From assembly GCA_951406725.2 (NCBI GenBank), contig OX597819.1, positions 113,770,001 through 113,834,000 on the forward strand: a DNA stretch of 64,000 bases, read 5' to 3'. This DNA is from Octopus vulgaris. Taxonomy: Eukaryota. Within the stretch, counting starts at the first letter, position 1. Every line of letters begins with the position of its first letter. Position numbers and translations under genes: made by a program. Shown one piece after another: positions 37,926 to 52,081 of the stretch. Under the pieces are notes generated by a model. That model made no database searches and was not told the origin of the DNA. It was given only the letters and a program-made list of their open reading frames with translations.

Positions 37926-40900
37926 CTGGAAGAAAAAGAAAACAAACAAAACTTAAATAACAGATACAAACATAATATAATCAATTAAGAAAACAATATG
38001 ATACCGCATGCTTTCTAGTTTGGAGCTATACACAATCAAACCCCTCAAAATCACTTCAAATGTTACACATCACAATCAGTGACGATCTCACATTTATCAT
38101 ATAGCATGAACAGCAACTCAATGACTCTTCAAAGCCACAACAAATACTCAGATATGAATAGCTACAGTATCTATATAAAGAACAAGTAACATTTTCTTCA
38201 TCATCATCGTTTAACGTACGTTTTCCATGCTAGCATGGGTTGGATGGTTCGACCAGGGTCTGAGAAGCCAGGAGGCTGCACCAGGCTCCAGTCTGATCAG
38301 GCAGTGTTTCTACAGCTGGATGTCCTTCCTAACGCCAACCACTCTGTGAGTGTAGTGGGTGCTTTTTATGTGCAACGGCCACGATTGGTTGGTGCTTTTT
38401 ACGTGCCACCAACACAAGTATCACAACTACAATTTCCATTTGATTTTTATTTTGATGTTGATGTACTTGACTCAATAGGTCCCCTCAAGCACAGCAGGTC
38501 ATCCTACAATCCAAGGTAAGCACAGCAGGCCGTCTTGTGATCCAAGGTACTTTGGATGTGCTGGGGCTGCTATGTGAAGCTGGTGCAGGAAACAGCCATG
38601 AACTCACATTATTTGTCGGGTCTTCGCAGTCACAGCATATCTCCAGATACATTTCTTTTTATTGCTTTTAACATCTACCATTCCAAACTTGCATGGGTTG
38701 GACAGATTTTCTATGCCTGGATGCCCTTCCTGTCACCAACCCTCGTCTGTTTCCAAGCAACATATTTTCCCATGACTACATGATTTTAAAGACTGTAAAC
38801 AAAGGACACTGCTTACATGATGGTGACATTTGTTTTAAAGCTATCATATGAAGTTAAGGGTAAGTGACAATAACACACATACCCACACACACAATGGGCT
38901 TCTTTCAGCTTTTGTCTCCCAAATCCACTCACAAGGCTTTAGAAGAAACTTACCCAAGGTGCATGTATTGGGATTGAACCTGAAACCATGTAGTTGTGAA
39001 ACAAGCTTCTTACCATGTAGTCATACTATAATGAAAATAGTCCCAACCTCAGAGACACTGCTGCTGTTGCTGTATACACACACCACACAAACATTCTAGA
39101 CCAGTGTTTTACATAGGGGTGGGGCTATGAGTATTGAAAAGGGGTGAGGAGACTGGACAAATTATCAGGTTTAATAAAATTAAAATAGTGTCAAGCTTTT
39201 AAAATGTGGCCAACACAAGAACAAAAAAAAAAAAAGAAGAATTATGAGTATAAAATCTATTTTTTGTCCTCTTGATGGGATTTGAACACAATGTAAAGAG
39301 CCACAACAAATACTGCTAAGCATTTTGTCCAACACGCTAATGATTCTGCCAGCTTGACACCTACTCCAGTACATGACTGATACTTAATAAAAACCTCCCA
39401 CTCCATATCACCCAATTAAAACTAGAAGTCAGTCATGGAAGAATTTCATGTCAATACACAGGAACAGTTGGTCTTTGTGTTCTTGTGTGTGTGTTTGGCC
39501 AGAGATAAAGTGTATGGTGACAAGGTGTACAGCCATGTTCCTTAGGTACAAGAAAGTAAGTAGAAGAGAGAATTGTGACAGAAGATTGGAAAGAGTAGGC
39601 GGGTAAAGTTTGCAAGGGTGTGAGAGAAAAGTGGAGGTATGGTCAATTGGAAATTCCACTAAATGTTTTGGGGGTGGGTATGTGGGGGGCAAACTGGCAG
39701 AATTGCTAGTGCATCAGGCAAAATGCTTAGTGACATTTCTTCCAGCTCTTTATGTTTCGAATACATATGATAACACGGTTAACTTTGCCTTTTATCTTTT
39801 CACTGTCAATAAAATAAAGTACCAATCAAGTACTGGAGTTGATGTAATCAACTTGTCACCAACCATCAAAATTGCTAGCCTTGTGTCTACAGAAGAAAGG
39901 ATTATTATTATTAGTATTTTTATTGGGTGTTTTCATTGTGCTACCAAGCACAGCTCTGTGTGCAATACTTAGCATATTTTCTCAATGTTATGTATATTGT
40001 TTTATAAGTTCTGGAATTGTGGTTATGTATTTGTGTGCATGTTTTCCTGCATGTGTTTTGATCATTTCACAAACACCTATTATTACAGAGACTGTTTTCA
40101 CTTTTAGGCTCCACATGGGTCATCTGTATTTCCAGATCTTTTATTATTACTATTATTATTAAAAATAATAAGTGTTATTAGGGACAACTAGGATACTTAG
40201 GAGGGTTCTTGGCATCTAAAGTTACTTGCTGTAACCCAATAAGAGGGTTCTTGGCATCTAAGTTAACTTGTTGTAGCCCGATGTTAGGACTCTTTTCTTT
40301 TCCAACAGTCTAATCTGTTGAGTGGAGATGATGATGATGATGATGGAAAAAAAAAACATGCCTTCTCATTGATATGACTGTTCCAATCGATATAAATGTA
40401 TCTGTCAAGACCTACCATAATCTGAGCAAATATAAAGATCTTGAAATAGAAATCAGCAAAATGTGGAACCTGAAAACTAAAACAATACCTTTTGTCATAG
40501 GTGCCCTGGGAATGATAGCAAAAGGGGCTGATTGCTACCTAACTCAGATATCAGGAAACCCAAAAATGGCAGAAATTCAAAAGATAGTGCTCATGGGAAC
40601 TGCTCGTATCTTACGCAAAATACTTTCTATGTAATCTCAAGTTTTAAAACAAACATAATTTTCATATGGTTTTTTAGACATTCACTAGTATAACACTAAG
40701 TACAAAACCAAATATATGGCACCCTAGGCATAACACCAACACGAACTTCCAACTTGTTGTCTCTTGAGGTCTCTGGGGAAGACTTGGAGCCAGCTTGTGC
40801 AAATGTAAAGCAAAAGTCAAACATAGACTAATAGTAGTAGTAGTAGTAGTAGTCCTTTCTACTAAAGGAATAAGGCTTGAAATTTTGGTTGGGAATAACT

Positions 40901-43900
40901 AGTTGATTGCATTGACTCCAATGCTTGACTGGTTTAATTATTGATCCCAAAAGGATGAAAGGCAACAACCTCAGCGGAATTGGGACTCATAACAAGATGG
41001 CTGAAATGCTGTTTGTCTGGTGTGGTAAGGATTCTGCCAGGTTGCTACCTTGATGATGATGATAGTGACAATGTTTTTCCTACCTGCCATCATTTTTTCC
41101 AACAGGCTCGTCATATTGTATTCCAACCCAGTGACCAGGCTGGAAGTCAGTAAGACCTTGAAGTAAAATACAACAGTCATGATGAAATAACAAATAAAAT
41201 ATACAAGGAAAAAACAAAAACATGACATTAAAAATAAGATATTTTGTCCAATGCTCTACTGATTAAAGATCACTGAGAATTACATGTGGAAACCCCTTAA
41301 AACATTGGTCTCTCTTAGTTGTCCTTCTCCAGTCTACAGGAGCATGCTCAGAGTATGTCCTATTTCTTTATTACCCACAAGGGGCCAAACACAGAGCGGA
41401 CAAACAAGGACAGACATAGGTATTAAGTCGATTACATCGACCCCAGTGCATAACTGGTACTCAATTTATCGACCCCGAAAGGATGAAAGGCAAAGTCGAC
41501 CTCGGCGGAATTTGAACTCACAACGTAACGCAGACGAAATACCGCTAAGCATTTTGCCCGGTGTGCTAACGTTTCTGCCAGCTCGCCGCTTTTTGCTCAG
41601 AGTATGTCCACTAACTCAAACCATGCAGGAAATCTCATCCACCTTTCAAGAAGTTTGCTGGGAAGAGGCACTTCCTTCTCCACACTATACTGCCAACTCC
41701 TATTCTACAGAAGTACTACGTAATAACCTAACACAACCTTCACAGCACACATACAAAACATGAAACATCACCCAACACTAAATCATACAACGCAACCCAC
41801 ACACCACATGTTCTACATTAAGGGTTCTCAACCAGGGTCCATAAAAGATTTCTGGGGGCCACACAAGAAAAATAGTACATTGGGTCCACAGAAGAATTTT
41901 ATGGGTTCGTGAAAAGATTTTGCTTTAGATGTATGTATTGCAAGAAACAGCTAGGTTTCTTTCTCTGATGTTTTACATAGTTTCAACCTACACAAGTTAA
42001 TGTGTGAATAACAAAAGAGGAATTTTGAAAGAAGTATCCATAAACTAGTTTTTAAACATCAAATGGCTATCGGGGTCCACCAGAATAAAATATGAATCTA
42101 AGGGACTCACAGGTAAAAAATGGTTGAAAACCTCTGCTCTACAAAATAATCTAACTCGTTGCAAATATCTTATGCAATAGACAGGTGGATGAAAAGCAAA
42201 GATGACCTAAGAAGGATCATCATCATCGTTTAACGTCCGTTTTCCGCGCTAGCACGGGTTGGACGGTTCAACCGGGGTCTGGGAAACCAGGGGCTGCACC
42301 AGGCTCCAGTCTGATCTGGCAGTGTTTCTACAGCTGGATGCCCTTCCTAACGCCAACCACTCCGCGAAAACTCAAAATACAAAGAACCATAACAACTAAA
42401 TATTGTAAGGAATTCTGTCTGACATTTTAATGATTCTGTTAATCAATAAAAGATTATCAACACAAGATAAACAATATACATACCAAGATATTTTATTGTT
42501 CCAGTTCGAGGAGGCTGGTTTTTAACTTCTGCTTTACATCTATTGAAAAAGAGAAATAACAATAATGACTATGATAACAACAACAATAATAATAATCCTT
42601 TTTACTATAGGCACAAGGCTTGAAATTTTGTGGGAGGGGGCAAGTTGATTACATTGGTCCCAGTACTTGATTGGTACTTATTTTATTGACTCTGAAAGAA
42701 TGAAAAGTAAAGCTGAACTTGGTGGAATTTGAATAACAATCATCATCATCGTTTAGCGTCCGCTTTCCATGCTGGCATGGGTTGGACGGTGCAACTGGGG
42801 TCTGGGAAGCCAGAAGGCTGCACCAGACCCAGTCTGATCTGGCAATATTTCTACGGCTGGATGCCCTTCCTAATGCCAACCACTCCATGAGTGTAGTGGG
42901 TGCTTTTTACATGCCACCTGCACAGGTGCCAGACAAGTCTGGCAAACGGCCACGGTCGGATGGTGCTTTTTATGTGCCACCGGCACGGAGGCCAGGCGAG
43001 GCTGGCAACAGCCACGATCGGATGGTGCTTTTTACGTGCCACCGGCACGGAAGCCAGTCAGGGCGGCACTGGCAACGGCCACGTTCAATAACAATAATAA
43101 TTTCTGAGGCATAAGGCCATAGATTTGTAGGATATGAATGAATCAATATTGGTACTAAGTCTATCAACAGCAGAAAGATGAATGGCGAACTCAAGAAATT
43201 TGCGCTTAGAGTGCCAGAACGTAAAGGGACATAACTAAAAAAAACATTTTGTGGTTGAGAGTGATTTCGGAAATATTTGACTGGTCAATCACAGCCAAAG
43301 TGCACGGCCTGGTGGTCAGGGTATTACAGTTACGATTGCATGACTGTGGTTTTCATTTGTAGAATGAGCAGTGTGTTGTGTTCTTGAGCAAAGTACTTCA
43401 CTTCATACTGTTCCAGTCCACTCAGGGTAAATGAGTAACCCTATGATGGGCTGGAGTATGCTTCTGGGGAATGCTGTAATCTTCAACATTTATAGGCCAT
43501 GGAAACTGATCCTACAAGTCCTGTGACTCAAGACAATAATGTACAAGGGTTGATGATGATGATGAATCACATCAAGACTCCCAGTTTCTATTTTCATTAT
43601 TAAGATACTGCAATAGCCTGGGCTTCAGAGGTCCACAGCTCTTCAATATCCTCCCGAAGGACCTGAGAGACATGCATGGGGTGGATGTAGGTGTCTTCAA
43701 AATAAAGCTGGACCTCTTCTTGTCAGGTGTCCCAGACGAACCAACTTCGCGGCAGGAGGTGCAGATGAGGGCAGCTGCATCAAACTGTCTCATGCACCAA
43801 ATGTCAATTGCTAAAAAACATTCGTGAAGTAAAATTATGTAGCAACACCAAATGGCGGTGCCCCCGCATGGTCACAGCTCGTGAGCTGAAACTAGATGAA

Positions 43901-46900
43901 AAAAAAAAATGAATAGTCATGTGCAGAAGGATAATGCCAATGACTTTTGCAGGTCTCTCTAGACAGGTGAGATTGAGTTAGCTGATGTTCAGTGAAACAT
44001 CTGCAGATTGGTATATTGGTAATATGAATAAAGAAGACAGTCCAGTGGGCCACATTATGAGAAGAAAAAGTATTGAATAGTGTTTAGTCTGGGGCCTGGG
44101 AAGTGAAACATAGTAAAGGCAACAAAAGGGGAAAAGATGGGTAGAATGAGCAAGGCTGAGTGAAGTAGGTATGCAATTAACATGTTTAGAGAAGCAGTTC
44201 ATTGCTGTAGAACTGCATGTGACATGGTTCATCATAAGGCAGACTACATTACTAAAAAAAATACAAGAAAAGTTTTCATTAGGCACACTATTTAGAAAGT
44301 CATGTAGGCTACAGTTTACCCCTGACTGTTATAGAAGATAACATACCTGTTAGCCAGTGACTGAAGCTTGTTGGTTATTCAATCTTTGCCAGTCTGTTGA
44401 ATGGCCTTCTTTTGGATTCAGATCATGTAGTAGTAACTACTACATGATGCTTATAGCTTATATTTGGCTCCATATCAGCCATTATTAACTAGATCTGTAA
44501 TTTAAGGTGTTCAAGCTACCGCCAATTGTCTTTTGTTCAGACTTAATGTATCCAGGACTACATTACCCAAGGAGGTCATTCTTTTTTTTAAAGTTGTGTG
44601 ATTTGAGGGAAGATGTGGTTGTTATTTCAAGCAGGCTAAATGACTACATAGAGGTCCATGGATACAAGCAGAATGTAGTGACTATAGCAAATCTTCAACT
44701 CCTGACCTCATAGCTAAATCTATTAACAGGAAACAAATATAAATAACATGATATATCTCACATTTTCAGTAAAATTTTTTTTACCTGTCTCCTATTTTAA
44801 ATGATTCAGTTAGTTTCTCCTCCTCTTTTTCTTTATCTTCATGCTGCTTTAAATTTTCTTTGTTTTTCAATTCAGAAAGATTTTTTAAATTCTTTTCTTT
44901 GTAAGCCCGGAAATTATCTGCAAATGAAAATGGCAAAAATACAGCTTCTTTATCATGGTTCTTCTCAAATACAAGAATTTTTCAATCATCTTGGTTTATT
45001 AACATCTCCTCCATGAGATGATCTCCATGAAATCAGCTTTCACTACTTCATCCCTTGTCTTCTTGGGTTTTCCTTTTCCACAGGTTTCACCCACTTTCAA
45101 CAAGTGGCACTTCTTTATATAATTGCCTTTATATGCATCACATATATAGATGCTTTATATGCATCACATACCCACTATATCTGATTCCTCTTATGCCTAA
45201 TTTTTCTCAACATAATTATATTTTAGCATTCATGTTCAGTGACATTACACATCCAACAGAACATCCTTAGTTCATTTCTTTCTAGTCTTTGCAATTCCTC
45301 AGTATTCAGGGCCCACACCTCACTACCACATAGTGAGACATTCATTCACGAGCATCCTACAGTCTACATTTCACCCTGAGAGAGAGACCTGGTTACTAAT
45401 TGTGGTAATTAATAACTCTTTGAACTCTCTCCAACGTGTTCACACTCTGGGTGTATTCTCACACACATACACACAAAGTGCCAATATTTATATAACACAA
45501 AAAATATTAACAAAAAATAATAATAAAATTTACCTGACTTTTTGGCATATTCTGTTTCTGACATTTGATAGCGATTCTCTACGTCACACTCTACATAATC
45601 AACAGGAGTTACAGAATCATCAGTCACCTGTAATATGAAGGGTTTAAGGATGAAAGCTATATGAGTACATGATAGTATTTTGTATTTGTAAATAGTGAAG
45701 GAAAATGTGAGCTAGATAGAAATGCTATAGCAGTCACCTTTATTACACAAAATATTGAAAGAAAAGCTGCAGAGTTGGTAGGATGAGGGGAGTTTACCAT
45801 AATAGGAACTTGCACTTCACATACTGTACAGATAGTTACTTTAAAAAGGTTTTTCTCCAGTTGAGTCATGCAACAAAAGTGTTACCTTTATCAACTGTAT
45901 AACTATTACCTTATAACATAGACTCACATAGTAATGAAAATAGATAGAAAAGTTCACACATTTTTACATATTTTGTTACACATTTTACATTTGGCCATAA
46001 ATAGGTAAAATTGAGTGTTTCTGTTCAAATTTCAGAACATTAACTGGAAGATAAGTAGGTGCCTTCAATGTCTCATTCAAAAATGAGTAAATAATGGCCA
46101 AATTTGTTTAAAATAAAAAATTAGCAGAAAATTTGTTAAATTTCAATTTGTTTGAATTTTTCAATGCAAAACAGTACTGCATCTAAACCTAACAAAAAAG
46201 CAAAATCAGGAAATATGGTAGTCAATAAGACAGCTCTTTCATCAAATATAAAAAGTGTCATTCCCAAATTTCTAAAAGTTTGTACATTGGTCATTGAACA
46301 CAATGACATGACTTATTAAAAGTATCATGTCACTAGTTACTACTTGTCATAATCGAGATGTCAAATACCAGAGTGTTTTGAATTGTGGACTCAGGATTTT
46401 GTGGTGAATAGTTGTGGTTACTTTTTGTCATATGATGGCTGGAATTACAAATGTCACAAAATCTGAGATTTTTGAAACTGCACTGATGACTGGTAACTTC
46501 TGGATCACTTTGTTCAAGTAATTTGTATCCTCAAATCAGACACAATTACAGATAGTTTATTAATAAATATATAAAACAGATCTTAGACACAGCCTTTTAA
46601 ATTGTGGACCTGTGCCATAGAAATTTCTGCTACAAATACAGCAGTGATAAAGCAATAGAATATTGAACAGAAGGATATTTCCTGGTTTGATGAAATAGGT
46701 ACCAGTCATGTACTGGTGTCTGTACAATGACAACACCCTTCTCCAAATTTCTGATCAATAATCAGTCTTAGAAATATTTTTATCATCATTGTAGTTTAAA
46801 TCCTATTGGGATCAACTTTGCCATTCATCTTTCCAAGATTAATAAAATATGGTGACTTATAGTGGAGTTGATATAATTGATTATATTCCTTGCCACAAAA

Positions 46901-49900
46901 AAATTTGTGGCCTTTTATAGATGTCAGATTAGGTAGTAAAATTATCATGTTATATTAAGTTATACCCCTTTGTATTTGTAAAGCTTTTATCTCTATTTTT
47001 TTTTCCCTTGAGCCTTAGGACTCATAATGTTGACTACTTGGTTTCCATGGCAGATGTAAAAGTGACAGAGACCACAATAATCTCACTGAATGAGAAGCTG
47101 GTTCACTGCAGGGTTTAAGGCAAGCAATTTTGAGGGAAAGGGATAAATCAATTACATCAACCTCAGTTCTTGGTTGGTATTACATTTTACTGACCCAAAG
47201 GGACAGAAAGCAAAGCTGATACCATTGGGGTTTGGACTCAAAATCTAAAGAGCAGAAAGAAATGCTGCTCAGCATTTTGTCTGGTGTGCGATGATTCTGC
47301 CAGCTCACTGCCTTTGTGATTAACTAAGCTTTACATAATACCAAGGTTAATAAAATATGTACTAGCCAAGTGGTAGGATTTTATATAATTAAAGGTTTCC
47401 TCCTCATCAAAATGGTAGAAGCTCCACTTTAACAATATAGAGAAAACCAGTGGTAAGTAAGAGTAAAAGGCTGGTCTCTTCTTTTCTGAGGAAACCACTA
47501 TGGACAGCTACCAGAAATTCTTGGCTTGGCAGTGCTACTAAGAGGAACTACTGCTCTGAGATAATCTACAGGCACGGAAGTGCCACTAGGTGGGACTGTC
47601 TGAGACGCATGCAGAGGGATGAAATGTACTGCATACTTTCATGCAGCATCTTGGAATTGCTGGCTTGTAGATTTGAACAGGTGTTGTAATCTGTAGGATG
47701 AATCTGGCTAATGGCTGACTTCATTGTGAGGATCACCCAACTGCCTGCTTTTAACAAGGCAGAATAGGCAGTGTTCATCTGTCTGGTTGCTATGACAAAA
47801 GGGGTTGTATGATGGACAACCTGAATGGATTGACGACAGACACTTTCCTCTTTGGTCCCATCCTCATCAACATTTTAAAGTTTCATTTGGAAAAGAAAAT
47901 GAGAGTGGAGAGCCAAAGTGCTCTCCTTCAGCAAATTTGTCATCAGGTGTCAGGTACTGAAGATCATGATATCACTGAATTCCCACACCTTCACAATTGT
48001 TGCTTTTGTGCCTAAAAACTTATCATTATCATCAGTACTATAAGAACATCAGGAAAATTCACAAAAAAAAATCGTTGATCTTACGTGTAAAATGTAGCCA
48101 TCTTCAACTGGATAGGAACCTAAAAGAGAACTATCTTCATCCATACTGCAAATACTTTTCTTTGCTTGATACAAGTGGAGCTTCATATTCATTGTGGCAC
48201 CAGTTAACAGAATTAATTTCATCTGGAAATGCACATAACACAAAGTAAATATTTTATATCCAGTTCTATTGCAAATGAAGGTTTAGAGAAACACAGCGAC
48301 TTAGGAAAACAGTTAAAATTCCAGACACCTAACCATAATTTTAAAATGTTTCACAGATAAGAGGGCTGTCAAGATGTCCTGTTTTATTTTCTGGTACACT
48401 GTTAACAATATGAATACCAACAAGGTGTCAAAACACTTGCTCTAAGTAATGTAATACTAGTGGGACCTGTGATTAAGAGAAGCTATTTAAGAAAGAAAGG
48501 AAGATTTGCATTTTTATTTTGCTAAGTTATTTCACTTCCAGTCACAATAATATATTACATGATTTTAAAATTTCCCTCTGCTAAGCACTTTATATTTCTC
48601 TCTTTCTCTCTACTTCTTCACCAAACTTTTTAACCATGTAATTCCCCACTTCATGTCTTCTCTCTTTCTCTTCACCATTCCCTCTCCATCCTACAGCAAG
48701 TTATTAACACTTCTCTCACTGTTTTTTTCTTTTGCTCTTCACCTCTCCCTTCAACTAACCACATGACGCACTTGGCCTTAGTGTATTATTATACTCCTCT
48801 CTTCTTTCTTCTCTACTCACATTTCTCTCCCCATCTCATATTTTTACTCAACCTCTCCAACTAACTAAAGTATAACAGGCCTGTTTTCCCCTCTGATATG
48901 GGTTGGATGGTTTGACAGGATCAAGTGAACTGCAGGACAGCACTGTGCTCCGTGTCTGCTTTGGCATGGTTTCTGTGGCTGGATGCCCTTCCTAATGTCA
49001 ACCAATTTACAGAGTGTACTCGGTACTATTTTTGTGTCACAAGCCCTAGAGAGGTTGTCAAATAACTTGCAAGGCAGAAAAGAATGAAGGAAAAGCATCC
49101 CCGACTAGGTGAGAGGAGAGGTGATGCCAAGGGTAATCAGAGCTGTCTTCCTGTATAGAAGGTATATGATTACCTCATTATATAAGGGTGGAGGCAGCTG
49201 GAAAGATGGCAAGACACTTCATTTCACATTATCTCAATTTGATCTTGCTACTGTCTGTGGTCAAAAAAGATTTTCACATAATGTTAGTATTATTTAATAC
49301 CAAAGTTTGCCTAGATGAAACAGACTAAGATCAAAATAATTTAAGCTATTATAATGCTACCTTTATTTCATAAATAGTGCACAAGGCTAGGATGTGGTTT
49401 GAAGGAAATCTAACTGCTATTTCTAGCAGGATGAGAAGCAGTTCATTTGTTTGTACCATCACCAAGAGTTAGATGTGGTAAGCTTAGATCTAAAACACTT
49501 CTGTAATCAGAATCATGCTCCAAATCCAAAGATGTGGGTTGGTGGCAATACAGAGATAACTGGGGAACTCTGGTTTGAGAGTGAGTTCTAGAGAAGGCCC
49601 TCCACACGCATTCTTGATTCTATTGTTTTCCCTTCCTCTCATCCCTCATATTGTATTCAATCCAGTAAACCATACACTAGTAGAACGTCAGGCTTCTGGA
49701 ATTTTCTCGCAGCACATCTTTACTGCAAGCCATTGACTCGTTGCAATTTAAGCGGAACATTAATGATATCAATCGCACCAGCTTTGAAGTGAGCCTTGAA
49801 GGCCAAGCTATAGTCCCATTTTTTTCAGGCCAGAAAAAAAAAAAAAAAAAAAAGGGCCGAATGCAGAATTGCAAAACCAACAAAACACTTGACAATTGCA

Positions 49901-51296
49901 GGCAGTAGTGCTGTGGTTATTTTCAGTCAAGCAAGCCGTTTTGAGAATAAGGTGTCCTAGCCACTGACACAGCAGTGCTGTTGGCAGAATATAAACAGTA
50001 AACTGTGGAACTTGCCTTTAAGTAGGCTGTGATCTGAGGAAGATTTAGATGCTATTCTTAGCAACAAATGTCAACATAGAGGCTCTCTTATGAACCAAAG
50101 ATTAAAACAGTTGATAAGAATAGTGAGCAGATAAGAACACTGATTTTGCGACAAAGGTGTAGAACAGCACCACACCCCTTTTCGTTATCTTTATTCAAAG
50201 AGAAAAAGAAAAGAAAAAGAAAAGGGGTGGGGTGCATGTTCTACACCACCCTCTTGTACCTATTTACAGTTAAGCTGTTGAGAGAGGTTTCATGTTTGCA
50301 TGACATAGTACTATGTACACTCCTTTATGGTACTTAGAGCTTGTTGAACTTGTTTTAGCCATGTAATGCTGTAGTGTACGTATATTAACCTACGGTAACT
50401 ACTTACAGCTGCTCGCTATTAAAAGTTAAACGTCTTGATCGTCAGAGAAATGCTGCATTGGCGACAGCAAAGTGCTGATTATTAAACTGATCGGTAGATT
50501 GTGTTCTTAAAGATTGCAGGGATTCCTAAAAATATCAAACAGAAACCAAAACTCCAAGCCACGATTATAAATGATATCAATCAAATAAAATAATAAAAAT
50601 ATTTAAGAAAGAAAAACAACAATAATGATTTTCGGAATGGCTGTCCGACATTAGTTGAAAAATTTCCGTCTTTTTCGAGATTTTTCCATTTTTTTTTTGT
50701 GTATTTCATATTTCAAAACAATAGAGTTGGGGGAGCCTTAAAAAAAAGGTACTTGTATCGCAGAGTGGTCCCGGTTGAGCACACGCGGATGCGATACAAG
50801 TACCAAAAAAAATTAATCCATGTTTTTCAAATGTCTACCCCAGCGCGATTATTTTGACATGTTCTGTACAAAAACAATTTGGAGAGAGCTCGACAAAAAC
50901 AGAAATTCCAACGTATGGACAGTTATTCCGAAAGTCTGCCGGTTGGTGTGGTGTTGAAGCCGAAAGGAGCATGAAATTATCGTGGAATGTCAAGATAGAA
51001 AGAGAGAGAGCGGGGTTAGACACATCAAAACGTCACCATCACCAACATTTAAGACGTCTGTCTGTGGTCAAACTCGGTAAACCGTGACCTTGGTCATCAT
51101 TTCATGAAGTGTACGCATGACAATAAGGAGAGAGAGAGCAAACTGGAAAAGAATAATTTCGCTTCTGACATGTTACCTTTAAATCAGCGATTGTCAAATC
51201 CTTGGGAAACCGTTTTATAGAAGTGATGGGACTTATGTTGCTAGTTATGGTCAGTTCCACATAGGGAGCTGTGACAACTGTGAAGTTCTCAGACAT
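37814..51296 (-). CDS. TBCB: Tubulin-folding cofactor B, complete spliced CDS. Exons 51296-51177, 48222-48085, 45627-45534, 44917-44785, 42539-42484, 41156-41084, 37925-37814 (726 nt, 241 aa + stop)
   Basis: All six introns are GT-AG with compatible phases (0,0,1,2,1,2). The protein has an N-terminal ubiquitin-like domain ([21 protein letters not shown]...[14 protein letters not shown]), a charged helical linker and a CAP-Gly domain ([53 protein letters not shown]), ending in an acidic DEF tail. Confidence 0.96.
38199..38645 (-). mobile_element. RTE 3' UTR fragment in the last TBCB intron
   Basis: (CAT)n tail and shared 3' UTR sequence. Confidence 0.85.
40355..40830 (+). mobile_element. R4/Dong-type LINE 3' fragment, family A
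   Basis: ORF 40374-40634 is nearly identical to the C-terminus of 23471-24034; shared 3' UTR ends at taa(tag)n. Confidence 0.9.
41084..41156 (-). CDS. TBCB: TBCB coding exon 6 ([24 protein letters not shown])
   Basis: Acceptor ttacttcaag, donor AG|GTAGGA, 73 nt; GKNDG CAP-Gly signature. Confidence 0.96.
41361..41593 (-). mobile_element. tRNA-derived SINE with 16-bp TSD; second copy at about 62797-62996 and many older fragments
   Basis: TSD TGCTCAGAGTATGTCC at 41345-41360 and 41594-41609; head GGCGAGCTGGCAGAA, B box GAGTTCAAATTCC, central gcctttcatcctttcggggtcgataaa. Confidence 0.88.
41819..42136. mobile_element. hAT-type MITE, older copy
   Basis: Homologous to 59583-59929; degenerate 8-bp TSD ttctacat/ctctacaa. 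Confidence 0.75.
42218..42365 (-). mobile_element. RTE 3' end fragment
   Basis: (CAT)n tail plus conserved terminus. Confidence 0.85.
42484..42539 (-). CDS. TBCB: TBCB coding exon 5 ([19 protein letters not shown])
   Basis: Acceptor tttcaatag, donor G|GTATGT, 56 nt; start of CAP-Gly (RC.V...RGTV.Y.G pattern). Confidence 0.92.
42741..43087 (-). mobile_element. RTE 3' UTR fragment
   Basis: (CAT)n tail plus three gtgcttttta.gtgccacc units. Confidence 0.85.
43600..43910 (+). mobile_element. CR1-clade LINE 3' end
   Basis: Hand translation [43 protein letters not shown]; A-rich tail. Confidence 0.7.
44785..44917 (-). CDS. TBCB: TBCB coding exon 4 ([10 protein letters not shown]...FKIGDR)
   Basis: Acceptor tttgcag, donor AG|GTAAAA, 133 nt; open frame with compatible phase. 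Confidence 0.9.
45534..45627 (-). CDS. TBCB: TBCB coding exon 3 (VTDDSVTP...EYAKKS)
   Basis: Acceptor ttacag, donor G|GTAAAT, 94 nt; [12 protein letters not shown] resembles the TBCB VEKY.IS.EAY motif. Confidence 0.92.
48085..48222 (-). CDS. TBCB: TBCB coding exon 2 (MKLILLTG...EDGYILH)
   Basis: Acceptor tttccag, donor CAC|GTAAGA, 138 nt; ubiquitin-like motif LGSYPVEDG. Confidence 0.95.
51177..51296 (-). CDS. TBCB: TBCB coding exon 1 (MSENFTVV...DLTIADLK)
   Basis: ATG at 51296, donor AAG|GTAACA, 120 nt. Confidence 0.93.
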
Positions 51297-52081
51297 TCTG
51301 AAAGCTCAGATGATGAGAGACAGAGGAAAGTTTTAAGTAAATATTTCCGAGAGAAAGGAGGAAAAAAAATGACAAACAATAATAAAGGAATATCAGAAAC
51401 AGGAGAAAAACTTGGTGAGAGTTCCTCGATATCTCAATACACAACCATGTGACATACGATTCACTGCGGAGCGCTTACCGGAAGTGAGGTAAACATTACA
51501 AATAAAATTCAGGAAAGATATCCGCAAACTTGCAAATATAATATACAATACAAAACATTTTCTGCTCAATACTAGTCATAATTTTTTTTAAGGTGGCATT
51601 AATTATTACCGAAGTTACACATAGTTTTTAGCTTACGAAACGAAAAATTTCAACAGAAAATTTCAGTTCGAGAGAAAAAAAAGAGTTGAATATGAGACTA
51701 CTTCTATAGTTTTTAATCAAATTAAAAACTATTTATCAAAACGTTTTGAATTAATTTATTTCGAAGTTTTCCGATAATTATATCTGAAGGAAGTTCATCG
51801 CAGGCAACTATATTAAGCCTCGTTCTCGAATTGTTACTATGCCAGACGGTTTTTTTAACGCAGCGACTGCTTGACGGAAACTACCGAAACAGTGATGGAA
51901 TTAAAAAAAAAATAAACGCTTAGTTTTCTTGGTTTTTACATAAGCTCGCTAAAATATTTCCCGTTGAATGAAAAAAATATATAAATGACTTTTGGTGATA
52001 TTTACTGTAGACTCGTTATGAGAATATTATCTGCTTATGAGTGATGTCATAGGCGGCCGTGGCAAGAGTGGTAATACTAAG
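51297..52081. promoter_or_regulatory. Putative bidirectional promoter region between TBCB and BIRC6
   Basis: Divergent ATGs with 785 bp between them; visibly more CpG than flanking DNA; ETS-type CCGGAAGTG at 51478-51486; YY1-type AAGATGGCG overlapping the BIRC6 ATG. Confidence 0.7.
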
